From NCBI RefSeq assembly GCF_046119375.1, contig NW_027362768.1:289664001-289728000 (forward strand): DNA of 64,000 nucleotides, given 5' to 3'. The notes below the pieces were generated by a model. The model worked only from the letters and a program-made list of their open reading frames with translations, searched no databases and was not told where the DNA came from. Source of the stretch: Phyllobates terribilis. Its lineage: Eukaryota. This document shows positions 27,701-39,700 of this stretch, one piece after another; within the stretch, counting starts at the first letter, position 1; every line of letters begins with the position of its first letter. The position numbers and the translations under genes are program-made.

Positions 27701-30700
27701 GGAGTCGCATTAGGGGTGCGCCCACAGCAGCTATAAGAATCAGGAAGTAACCGGGCCGCCGTCCTAAACAGTCAGTCAAGAGACATGCACATAGCATGAA
27801 CTGGAGCAAGGTTTGTAGGCTGGACTGACAGGTAAAATTGCGGTCTTGCATAGTGGGAGGTGGTGCACTATGCAAGCACGCCACCAAGGATGTTACACCC
27901 TGTGTGATATATGTAGTGTAGACTGAAGCTGCAGATTCTCTACAAGAAAGGAGGGCACTGTGCTGATGATATGTCAGTGATAGGTTTCTGGCATAACGGA
28001 TCCTTAGACATGATATTGACCTGGGCATAAAGCAGGTATCTCTGGTCTGAAGATCTGTAATATAACAAGGGCATGATCCTGCATCAGTAGGGCCAATAAT
28101 AATAAGCTAATGTCTAGTGATGAGCGAGCATGCTCGCTACTGCTCGGAGCTCGCCCGAGCATCTCACTGCTCGAGATGCTCGGCACTCGCCGAGTATTTC
28201 CGGGTTGCTCGGCGGGAGCTCGGGTCCCCTCCCTGCATGTTTGGCGATCTTTACAGAGCCAATGAACATGCAGAGATTGCCTGCCACTCACTGTAATGCC
28301 GTAGCTATGTTGGTTGTGGCATTACAGTGATTGGCTGGCCGCACAGCGTCATCAGGTCTATATCGGACCTGGCGCTGCCATGCTCGTCACAGTCAGTCCA
28401 GAATCAGACAGTGTAGGGAGAGCTGCTGAGCTAGGGAGAGATTAGCTTGTTTCTACTTAGTGTAGGTAGAACAGAAGTACATTACACATATCCATCTCAA
28501 CAAACAGTCCTTCTGAGGACTAATCCATCTGTAGAGATATCACGCAGGCAGCAGTGTATATAGGCAGGCAGGCAGGGTATATAGCAAACTGCAGTGCACA
28601 TAGCACAAGAGGCTCCATTCCAGTTTTGTCTGCTGCTGCTGCTGTTAGATATTTCTAGACAAAGGCCCAGGTCTCAGGGGCCAGGAATAATTTTTTTTGG
28701 ATCTTAATCCTCATTATTTGCTTAAAAAGCAATCCAGAGAACACCGTTTAAAAATTTGTTTCGGTGTGACAGTGAAGCTATTGACACCAGTTTGCTGTTC
28801 AAAATAGTTACCTGCAGGCCAGGTATTTAAAACTGGGGTTTGTCCGTCACAGGGATCACATAGAAGTTTGCTCCAAATTCAGCCATTTGTAGTGAGCGTG
28901 GAAGATATTGTCCTCCATTTAAAATGAGCAAGGCACGTGGCAAGGGACTGGGAACTGGACGTGATGGTGATGGTGCATGCAGAGGCCGAGGCCGTGGGCA
29001 AGCTGAAATTGTGCCACAACAAACACCCACATCTTCTCGCTCAACCTTCCTGTCCCAATTAATAGGCGACCGCAGAGCACTACTATTGAACACAGAGCAG
29101 TGTGAAAAGGTTATTGGTTGGATAGCAGATAATGCTTCCAGTCACTTAGCCACCACCACCACTTTGTCTTCCACACGGTCAAGTCTCAGTAGCTGTGAGT
29201 TGGGACCGCGTATTCCTCACCCTGAACCTCCTTCTTCCCACCATGCCGAGTGCCCAGAGACAACTGATCCCACACTTGGACACTCCAAAGAGCTGTTCAC
29301 TTTTCCATTTATTCAAATACGCAGCCAACACCCCACAGGCCACACTACTAAATTCCCACATTTCGCATCTGCTTGCACTCGAAATGTTGCCTTTTAGGCT
29401 CGTGGAGACGGAAGCATTCTGCAACCTGATGGCGGCGGCCGTTCCTCGGTACTCGGTCCCTAGCCGCCACTATTTCTCTCGGTGTGCCGTCCCCGCATTA
29501 CACAAGCACGTGTCCCTAAACATTAGCCGTGCCCTCAACAACGCAGTTACTGGGAAAGTCCACCTAACCACGGACACGTGGACAAGTGCTTGTGGGCAGG
29601 GAGGGTACATCTCGCTGACGGCACACTGGGTTAACATAGTGGAAGCCGGGACCCAGTCGGACCTTGGGACGGAACATGTCCTCCCGACGCCAAGGATTGC
29701 GGGCCCTAGGTCAATCAGGTATGCCCCCACAGTCTACAGCTCCTGCACTTCATCCTTCTCAGCCTCCTCCTCCTCTTCAGCCTCCATCTCCGAAATGACC
29801 ACATCAGTCACAAGCTGGAAGCACTGCAGCAGTGCCTCGGCCAAGCGGCAACAGGCTGTGCTGAAGCTAATATGCTTAGGTGAAAAACCGCACAATGCTG
29901 AAGAGTTGTGGACAGCTCTGAAAGAGCAGGCAGATCTGTGGCTCATACAGCTGAACCTACTGTCAGGCATGGTCATGTGTGACAATGGCCAGAACCTGGT
30001 GGCGGCTCTGAGGTGAGGCGAGCTCACACATATACCATGCCTGGCCCATGTGCTTAACCTCGTTGTTCTGCGATTTCTCAAATCCTACCCGGAGCTGCCG
30101 GATCTGCTTGTTAAAGTACGCCGCCTGTGTGGCCATTTTAGAAAGTCAGCTACAGCTTCCGCCGCCCTTGCCGTGTTTCAGCAGCGTTTGCAGGTTCCGG
30201 CTCACAGACTGGTGTGTGATGTCCCCACGCGTTGGAACTCTACATTGCAGATGTTGGGAAGGATTTGTGAGCAGAAGAGGGCAGTTGTTGAGTACCAGCA
30301 TCAACAAGGCTGTCGGTATTCAGTTCAGACTCCACACATAAGACCTCAGGAGTGGACATGGATGTCAGACATATGTACAATCTTCCAAAATTTTGAGGAC
30401 TCCACTAAGATGGTAAGCGGCGATGATGCCATAATTAGCGTCACCATCCCGGGTGATTACACACAGCCCAGCCTCATCTCATCCCAACGTGGATTGGGTG
30501 ACAATGAGGAAGAGGAGGTGGAAGAACAGGAGCTAGTTTCATGCGCTATAGACGGTCCTACCTGCACAACTGTCATACCATCTGTTCAGCGTGGATGGCC
30601 TGAGGACAGAGAGGAGGAGGAGGAGGAGAGCATGGTCAGTTGTCCTCTTGGTGAGGACATTGAAGTCTTGCCTGTTAGCAGTCTGGCACGCATTGCTGAG

Positions 30701-33700
30701 TTTATGTTACGCTGCCTTTCCCATGACCCTCGTGTTCTCGAAATTTTGGGTGACAGTCATTACTGGTTGGTGACACTTCTAGACCCACGCTACAAGGAGA
30801 ACTTTATATCTCTTATTCCTGAGGCGGACAGGTCTACAAAAATGGGGCAGTACCAGAAGGCCCTTGTTGCGGAACTATTAAAAAAATTCCCATCTGAAAA
30901 CGCTGGCGGCAGAGGTCATAGTTCATTGGACAACCAAGGACTACAGGTGAGAGAGACACAACTCCAATCCAGCAGAGACAGGGGAACACTTTCAAAGTTC
31001 GGGGAGAATTTTCTCAGCCCCTCTCATCGCACAGGCCCTGAGGCGCGGGGTACTCTCATAAGGAGTGCAAAGTTTGGGAAGATGCTGAGGGAGTACCTTG
31101 CCGACCATACCAAAGTCCTCCGTGATTCCTCTGTGCCTTATTATTATTGGGTATCCAAACTGGATACGTGGCATGAACTGGCTCTTTACGCCTTGGAGGT
31201 CCTGGCCTGCCCTGCCGCTAGCATTTTATCATAGCGGGTTTTTAGTGCCGCTGGTGGAATTATAACTGAAAAGCGAAACCGCCTGTCAACTGAAAATGCT
31301 GACAGGCTGACTCTTATAAAAATGAACAAAAAATGAACAAGGCCTGGATTGGGCCAGACTTCTTAACACCACATAAACTCAAATCCAGTATCTTTTTTTG
31401 GGAGGTGCATTTCCATGCACCTTTTCATACCCACACATGGGTATACGCTTCCTGATTTTGGCTATTTGCTCTTGTCCTCCTCCTTCTCTTCATCCTCATC
31501 CTCCACCACCATATCACCAGGGTGACCGTGGTCCGTGATGCAACACCCACATAATTTTTTTAAAGGGTGTTTATGATGCTCGTAAAAAAATTTTTTTATA
31601 CAGTATGTTCATGTATACCTCCCAGGGGTAAATGTTTGTCAGCCATACACTTAGTGCATGGGCATTACAAGTATAGGAGACCCGCTCCTTTCTAATGGGA
31701 ACATGTTTTTATGAGGCCCTCCTCCACGTCTCTTCCAAGGGACATTGGAGTGCCTCCCAATTTTTGGCAGCCCTTGCATTCACTTCATAGGCCAACACTA
31801 TGGGAGACCCACTTCCTAACAATGGGAACATTGTTTTTAGGAGGCTCTCCGACCTCTACGTCTCTTACAAGGGGCATTGTAGTTCCTCCAAATTTTTGGC
31901 AGCCGTTGGACTCACTGCATAGGCAAACAGTACAGGAGACCCTCTCCTTTCTAATGGGAATTTGTCGTTACTGTGGCCCTGCTCTATGTGTCTTTAAATT
32001 GTTAGTGGGGTTTTTCCTAAATTTTGTCAGCCGTTGGACTCGCTGCATACCCTATAACTGTATAGCACAGCCGCTCCTTTGTAATGGAAACATGTCATTA
32101 CTGTAGCCCTGCTCTGTGTGTCTTTAAATTGTTAGTGGGGTTTTTCCCAAATTTTGGCAGCCATTGCAGTCACAACATGGGCATTACCACTATAGGAGAC
32201 CCTCTCCTTTCTAATGGGAATTTGTCATTACTGTGGCCCTGCTCTATGTGTCTTTAAATTGTTAGTGGGCTTTTCCCCAAATTTTTTCTGCCGTTGTACT
32301 CACTGCATACCCTATAACTGTATAGCACACCCGCTCCTTTGTAATGGAAACATATCATTACTGTGGCCCTGCTCTATGTGTCTTTAAATTGTTAGTGGGG
32401 TTTTTACCAAATTTTGGCAGCCCTTGCAGTCACTGCATGGGCATTACAACTATAGGAGACCTGCTCCTTTATAATGGGAACATTTTTTTTACTGAGACCC
32501 TACTCTATGCCTCTTGAAAGGGGTATTGGGTTGTGTCCGAATTTTTGGCAGCCCTTGCAGTCACTGCATATGCAATAACAGTATAGGAGACCCACTCGTT
32601 AATAATGGGAACGACAAAGCATAGCTGGCTGATGGCTCTCTAACAATAGCGAGGGCCGACTGCTGGCCTTTTAAGAATAGTAAGGGCCGCCAGATGGCCC
32701 TATAAAAATAGGCCTTGTGACTTTCAGAGTCCCTCCATCATAAATGATGTGTCTGATGATGTGTTACACACCACATGGCCAGATAAGGTTGTAAAATGTT
32801 AAAGTGACATTTCCAGGTGAATGCATTTATCTTAAAAAGTAATGTAAAGAAAAACAAAAAACAGTAGGATCTTTCTTTAGTATAAAAAACAGAGTCGCCA
32901 ATGTAACCTCAATGTAATCACATTGTTCAGCTCCTGCACCTCCTCCTCCATCTCTGAAATGACCACATCAGTCACAAGCTGAAAGCACTGCAGCACTGCC
33001 TTGGGCAAGCGGCAACAGGCTGTGCTGAAGATAACATGCTTAATGCTTAGGTGACAAACCGCCCAGCGCTGCAGAGTTGTTGAAAGGTGTAACACAGCAG
33101 CCTGATCTGTGGCTCTCACCGCTGAACATACAGCCAGGCATGGTCGTGTGTGACAATGGGCCGAACTTGATGACGGAGAAATGACAGCCGGAGTAGATAC
33201 AGTTTTCCTCTATGCCAGTCCTTTCACCGAGCCAAAGAATATGGCTGTGGTGAAATACAACTCCCACTGAGAAGCTGTTTCAGATTGAAAAACATTGGGC
33301 CCACCAGAGGATTTGATTCTGAGGGCTCACCTTTCTCCCCTGCTCAAGAGCCCCATAGGAGCTGCAAAGTTAGCGCTATCATGAACTCTCCTGATGTAGA
33401 AGCCAGGGCACACCGGAGGATTCTCTGGTGGGACCGTCCAACCCTGCCGAGAAGCAGTCCTGGCTAAGAAAAAGTGTGTGGGAAGGTGCCCGGACACTCT
33501 ATGGCTGCATTTTTACTGAGGTGGAAACCCACGCAAACACGGGGAGAACATACAAAATCCTTGCAGATGTTGTCCTTACTGGGATTTGAACCCAGGATCC
33601 CAGCACTGCAAGGCTTCAGTGCTAACCACTGATCCAATGTGCTGCCGTTCACCCTCTGATATCTAACAGGCTAGAGAAACTTGCACCTACTGACACTCTA

Positions 33701-36700
33701 TCTTCAGCTCCTTTGTGAGAAACTAATGTATTTGGGCAGCCACTCAGTCTACCAAATAAATTTCCTGAGAAGGAAATTCGGGATAGCTTTGCTACTGGTA
33801 CTTGGAGCAGTGCTAATACCATGGCGTCATACCATAGTTTACTGGAAATATTTCAGGCTGGTAGGAGGCAAGCAGATTCCCACACAAAAGTACCAGCAGT
33901 AATGTTCAGGTACCCACGCTTGTAGAAGACAGAGATGATACTGGGAGAAATAGTGTCGGCTGGGGACCGAGTATGGACACCCGGCCGCCGGCATGAGGTT
34001 GTGAAAAGCTTCCGCCTCCACGAGCCTAAAAGGCCACATTTCAAGTGCAAGCAGCTGCCCTGATATCTGGCAGTTTAGTTTTGCAGCCTGTGGGTGGGTG
34101 GGTGGCTGGCTGCATACTTGCGCTTGCATTCCAAGGAATGGGGTAGGGACAACTGAACGCTGCACTGGGACAAGGAGGTAGACGGTGATTGTTGCAAGTC
34201 TGCAACGACAGGTGCATGGCGGGAGGCATCTTCGCATGCGCCAAGGATCACTTATGATGGGCACACTTTTAAGCAGTGACCTGGGAGTCAGACATGCTTC
34301 CAGGGATCTTCCCCATGCTGTTCCCATGTCTTTTCAGCACTGTATGCATGTGTCTGATGATGTGTCACACACCACATGGCCAGATAAGATTGTAAAATGT
34401 TAAAATGACTTTTCCCAGTGAATGCATTTGTCTTGGTTGAAAGCAATGCAAAAGTGCAAAATGCATCAAAAATGCTACGTGGGAACATAGCCCAAGGTGT
34501 GGAGGAGTATTTTTTGTTTTGTTTATTTATTTTGCCTTATATACAAGTCATTACCCTGTAAAGGATGTTCCTTAACATATTTCCCAGGAAAATCCATTTT
34601 GGTTTCATTTTTGTATGCTTTATTGTGAGTCCGTAAAAGTGGCGTAATACTCTGTCAACGTTGTTGACAGCAGTGACCTGGGAGTCAGAAGTGCTTCCAG
34701 GGGTCTTCCCCATGCTGTTCCCATGCCATTTGAGCACTATTCCCACCGATTTCGGCAATTTTTAGGCCTTCTGCAGACCGCAGGGGGGAGCCGCCTGAAA
34801 AATGGTCGAGTTTCCCATAGACTTATATTGGGCTCGTCGCTCGGGTCAACACCCGAGTATTCCAATGTGTTCGACCCGAGCAACGAGTACCCGAGCATCA
34901 AGCACCCAGTAATAAGCTATAATACTGTGCAAATGTTTTTGGGCAGGTGTGAAAAATGATTCAAAGAATGCTTTTAAAATAAAAACATTATTAGTTTATT
35001 TTTATCAATCAATAAAACGCAAAGTCAATGAACAAAAGAGAAATCTAAGTCACATTAATATTTGGTGTCACCGGCTCACCTCCCTTTGCTTTCAAAACAT
35101 CATCAATTCTTCTACATAGACTTGCACACAGTTTTTAAAGGAACTTGGCAAGGAGGTTGTTTCAAACATCTTGGAGAACTAACTAGAGATCTTCTGTGGA
35201 TGTAGGCTTGTGCAAGTCCTTCTGTCTCTTCATGTAATCCGACACAGACTCTTTACAATGAAGATAGTTCTTAAAGGGGTATTCCCGTCTCTAAGATCCT
35301 ATCCCAATATGTAGTAGGTGTAATAATAATAATATTAGCAAATACCTGCAATTAGAAATATAGTATAGTTTTCTAATTTCGCTATGTCTCTTTCCTCATG
35401 TGCAGGCATTGCAGGACCTTAGGTATCCATGGTTACGACCACTAGCAACTAACTAATGGTCACTGTATCAGTGGTCATAAGCATGGATATATATATATAG
35501 TGACAAAGTCACTGGCAAAGTACTAGAGGGGAGATATGTAGCACTGAGATTAATAGCAGCAGTAATACATAGGAAAAATGCTAGGATGATTGAACACCTG
35601 TAGAAAGGGAGGAACTCAGAGGATAAAATCACAGCCTTTCAGAGCATTTGGTGGGGAGGGCCTGGAGACACAAGCTCTGGAGCTGTGGTGTGCATGTTAA
35701 GGAAAGCTAAACCTTGGGTTGTTTTATTCCTGAAGTGGGCAGTTGCCCGTAGCAACAAGGACTGTGCCCATAGGCGGATTATAATGAGGGCAATCTGGGC
35801 TACCACCCGGGGCCCCAGGCCTCCAAGGGGCCCGGGGCTCCGGGGTGTCTATGGCAAGATTGCCCTCATTATATGTGCAGCGCCGCGGCACATACCGGCA
35901 GACAGTGGCGGGGGGCCCCCAGACCGCTCCCCCAGCAGCGGCGCACGGCCGATACTTCTTCTTCGGCCGGGCCAGCACTGCAGCAGTTAACTTCCCTGTG
36001 CTGGCCCGGCCGCGTCACAGCTAGGAGACACGGCCCTGTGCGCGGCCGTGTCTCCTAGCTGTGATGTCACGCAGTGCGCGCCCGGCCTGCACTGCTGCAC
36101 CGGAGAGGAGGAGGAGGACTGGAGCCGGGGGATGGTGAGTGTGTGTGTGTGAGAGTGTGTGTGTGTGAGTGTGAGTGTGTGTGTGTGTGATTGAGTGAGT
36201 GTGTGTGTGCAGGCAGATATCATTGTGTGATGTCTGTTTATATGTATTTTTGTGTTTCAAATGTGTTTATGCGTGTATGTACTGTATATGTCTGTATATG
36301 TTTGTGTGTGCATGACTGCGTGCGGCCTCCCGCTGTCTCTGGGAGGGGCATCGTGCGGCCTCCTGCTGTGTATAGATAGCGCCATGTGGCCTCCTGCTGT
36401 GTATAGATGGCTACGTGCGGCCTCCCGCTGTGTATAGATGGCGCCGTGCGGCATCCTGCTGTCTATAGATGGCTACGTGCGGCCTCCCGCTGTTTATAGA
36501 TGGCGCCGTGCAGCCTCCCGCTGTGTATAGATGGCTATTTGCGGCCTCCCGCTGTGTATAGATGGCTACGTGCGGACTCCCGCTGTATATAGATGGCTAC
36601 GTGCGGCCTCCTGCTGTGTATAGATGACTACATGTGGCCTCCTGCTGTGTGTAGATGGCGCCGTGCGGCCTCCCTCTGTGTATAGATGGCTACGTGCGGC

Positions 36701-39700
36701 CTCCTGCTGTATATAGATGGCTACGTTTGGCCTCCCGCTGTGTATAGATGGCGCCGTGCGGCCTCTTGCTGTGTATAGATGGCTACGTGCGGCCTCCTAC
36801 TGTGTATAGATGGCTACGTGCAGCATCCCGCTGTCTCTGGGGGGGCGCCGTGCGGCCTCCCACTGTTTATAGATGGCTATGTGCAGCCTCCCGCTGTGTA
36901 TAGATGGCGCCGTGCAGCCTCCTGCTGTGTATAGATGGCTACGTGCGGCCTCCTGCTGTGTATAGATGGCTATGTGCGGCCTCCCGCTGTATATAGATGG
37001 CTACGTGCGGCCTCCCTCTGTGTATAGATGGCTACATGTGGCCTTCTGCTGTGTATAGATGGCTACGTGCGGCCTCCCGCTGTATATAGATGGTGCCGTA
37101 CAGCATCCTGCTGTGTATAGATGGCTACGTGCGGCCTCCCGCTGTGTATAGATGGCTATGTGCGGCCTCCCGCTGTGTATAGATGGCTACGCGCGGCCTC
37201 CCACTGTGTATAGATGGCTACGTGTGGCCTCCCGCTGTATATAGATGGCTACGTGCGGCCTCCTGCTGTGTATAGATGGCTACATGTGGCCTCCTGCTGT
37301 GTGTAGATGGAGCCGTGCGGCCTCCCGCTGTGTATAGATGGCTACGTGCGGCCTCCCGCTGTGTATAGATGGCTACGTGCGGCCTCCCGCTGTATATAGA
37401 TGGCTACGTGTGGCCTCCCGCTGTGTATAGATGGCGCCATGCGGCCTCCTGCTGTGTATAGATGGCTACGTGTGGCCTCCTGCTGTGTATAGATGGCTAT
37501 GTGCGGCCTCCCGCTGTCTCTGGGGGGGCGCCGTGTGGCCTCCCGCTGTGTATAGATGGCTACGTGCGGCCTCCCGCTGTATATAGATGGCTACGTGCGG
37601 CCTCCCGTTGTGTATAGATGGCACCGTGCAGCCTCCTGCTGTGTATAGATGGCTATGTGCGGCCTCCTGCTGTGTATAGATGGCTACGTGCGGCCTCCCG
37701 CTGTCTCTGGGGGGGTGCCGTGCGGCCTCCCGCTGTGTATAGATGGCTACGTGTGGCCTCCCACTGTATATAGATGGCTACGTGCGGCCTCCCGTTGTGT
37801 ATCGATGGCGCCGTGCAGCCTCCTGCTGTGTATAGATGGCTATGTGCGGCCTCCTGCTGTGTATAGATGGCTACATGCGGCCTCCCGCTGTATATAGATG
37901 GCTACGTGCGGCCTCCTGCTGTGTATAGATGGCTACGTGCGGCCTCCTGCTGTGTATAGATGGCTACGTGCAGCCTCCCACTGTGTATTGATGGCGCCGT
38001 GCAGCCTCCCGTTGTGTATAGATGGCTACGTGCGGCCTCTCGCTGTGTATAGATGGCTACGTGCAGCCTCCCGCTGTGTATAGATGGCTACATGTGGCCT
38101 CCCGCTGTGTATAGATGGCTACGTGCGGCCTCCTGCTGTGTATAGATGGCTACGTGCGGCCTCCTGCTGTGTATAGATGGCTACGTGCGGCCTCCTGCTG
38201 TGTATTGATGGCTACGTGCGGCCTCCTGCTGTCTATAGATGGGTACGTGCGGCCTCCTGCTGTGTATTGATGGCTCAGTGCGGTCTCCCGCTGTGTATAG
38301 ATGGCGCCGTGCGGCCTTCCGCTGTGTATAGATGGCGCCGTGTGGCCTCCCGTCGTGTATAGATGGCTACGTGTGCTCAATATTGAGTCATACAATTAAT
38401 ATAAGGCTATGTGCCCACGATGCAGAAATGCTCCGGATTTTTTTTGAGCGTTTCTGCATCTCCCTGGCAGAAAAAACGCATGCGGATTTTACATGCGGAT
38501 TGTACATGCGGATCTTACATGCGGATTGTACATGCGGATTGTACATGCGTTTTTCCTGCCAGGGACAAACTGAAGTGAAGCGTTCTTCACATGCATTTCT
38601 GCATGCGGGTTGACAAGCGCTTTCCAAGCGATTTTAGCATCACTTAGAAAGTGCTTGACAACTTGGTCACACTATATAAATCCATGCAACCAGCATGGAT
38701 TTATATAGTGTGACCGTAAAAGAATGGTAAAAAATAGAAAATAAATATATAATTACTAGTGTTGAGCGAGTATATTCTGTTAACCCTTTCGCCGAGTATG
38801 CTCGGGCGAGCACCGAGTAGTTACAGCTGCTCGGTGATATGTTTAAATCACTCCCGTGTGCATGATTTGCGACTGTTTGTTTGACAGCTTTATTACATGT
38901 GAGGAATGATTGTTTCTTTTGCATTCCTCACATGTAATAAAGCTGTCAAACAGTCGCAAATCATGCACACGGGAGTGATTTAAACATAACACCGAGCAGC
39001 TGTAACTACTCGGTGCTTGTCCGAGCATACTCGGCGAAAGGGTTAACAGAAAATACTCGCTCAACACTAATAATTACCTTCTGATGGCCTGCCGACGTCA
39101 GCGGTCACGTGATCCGTCACATGACTAAATGACGTCACGGCAGGTCCTTTTCAGACCATCGCGAGCTGCCGGCAAGCCAGGACGCATCGGATAAAGAAAC
39201 CGGGGGCCATCAGAAGGTAAGTATAATATTTATTTTTTATTTTATTCTTTTTTTACAGGTTCTATGGTACCTGAGTCTGGAGGAGAGTCTCCTGTCCTCC
39301 ACACCCGGGTACCATCCGCACATTGAAACGCATGGAATCCGCATGTACAGATGCAGTGATGTGGATTCCATGTGTTCCAATGCAAGTCAATGGCGGCGAA
39401 AACGCCGCGCTTCCGCAAAATAATTGGTAATGCTGCGGATTTTTCCGCAATGATAATCCGCATCGAAAATTTCCGCAGCATGTGCACAGCACATGCGGAT
39501 TATCATTGGGGAACATGGCACGCCTTCTACCAAGCGTTTTTTAAGCGTTTCTGCAGCGGAATTGCCGCTGCGGAAACGCTTAAAAAACGCATAGAGGGCA
39601 CACAGCCTAAAAAAAATTATTATAATTAATATTGTGCCAAATTTCACGTGAACTATCACATGATCTATCACAGGGGATCATGTGACATGTGATACATCAG

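Larger units (their letters stand above)
26451..27897 (-). mobile_element. Solo LTR (family C) with 5-bp TSD CCCTG and internal tandem repeats
   Basis: tgttacg...tgttaca termini, ccctg on both sides, TATTTAAA on the minus strand near 27670. Confidence 0.85.
28115..34900 (+). mobile_element. Large hAT element, copy 1 (defective; left TIR intact, right TIR missing)
   Basis: Starts tagtgatgagcgagcatgctcg, is collinear with copy 2, carries transposase remnants at 28924-31360, and ends in subterminal cgagtacccgagca without a terminal TIR. Confidence 0.9.

Noticed and set aside
28095-34925. taataagcta on both sides of hAT copy 1 as its TSD
   Set aside because: It is not adjacent to the left TIR, it is not 8 bp, and the right TIR is absent, so it cannot be called a TSD.
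36319-38374. Regular ~31-bp repeats as a CRISPR array
   Set aside because: Units are head-to-tail with no unique spacers, there are no cas genes, and the context is a eukaryotic intron.
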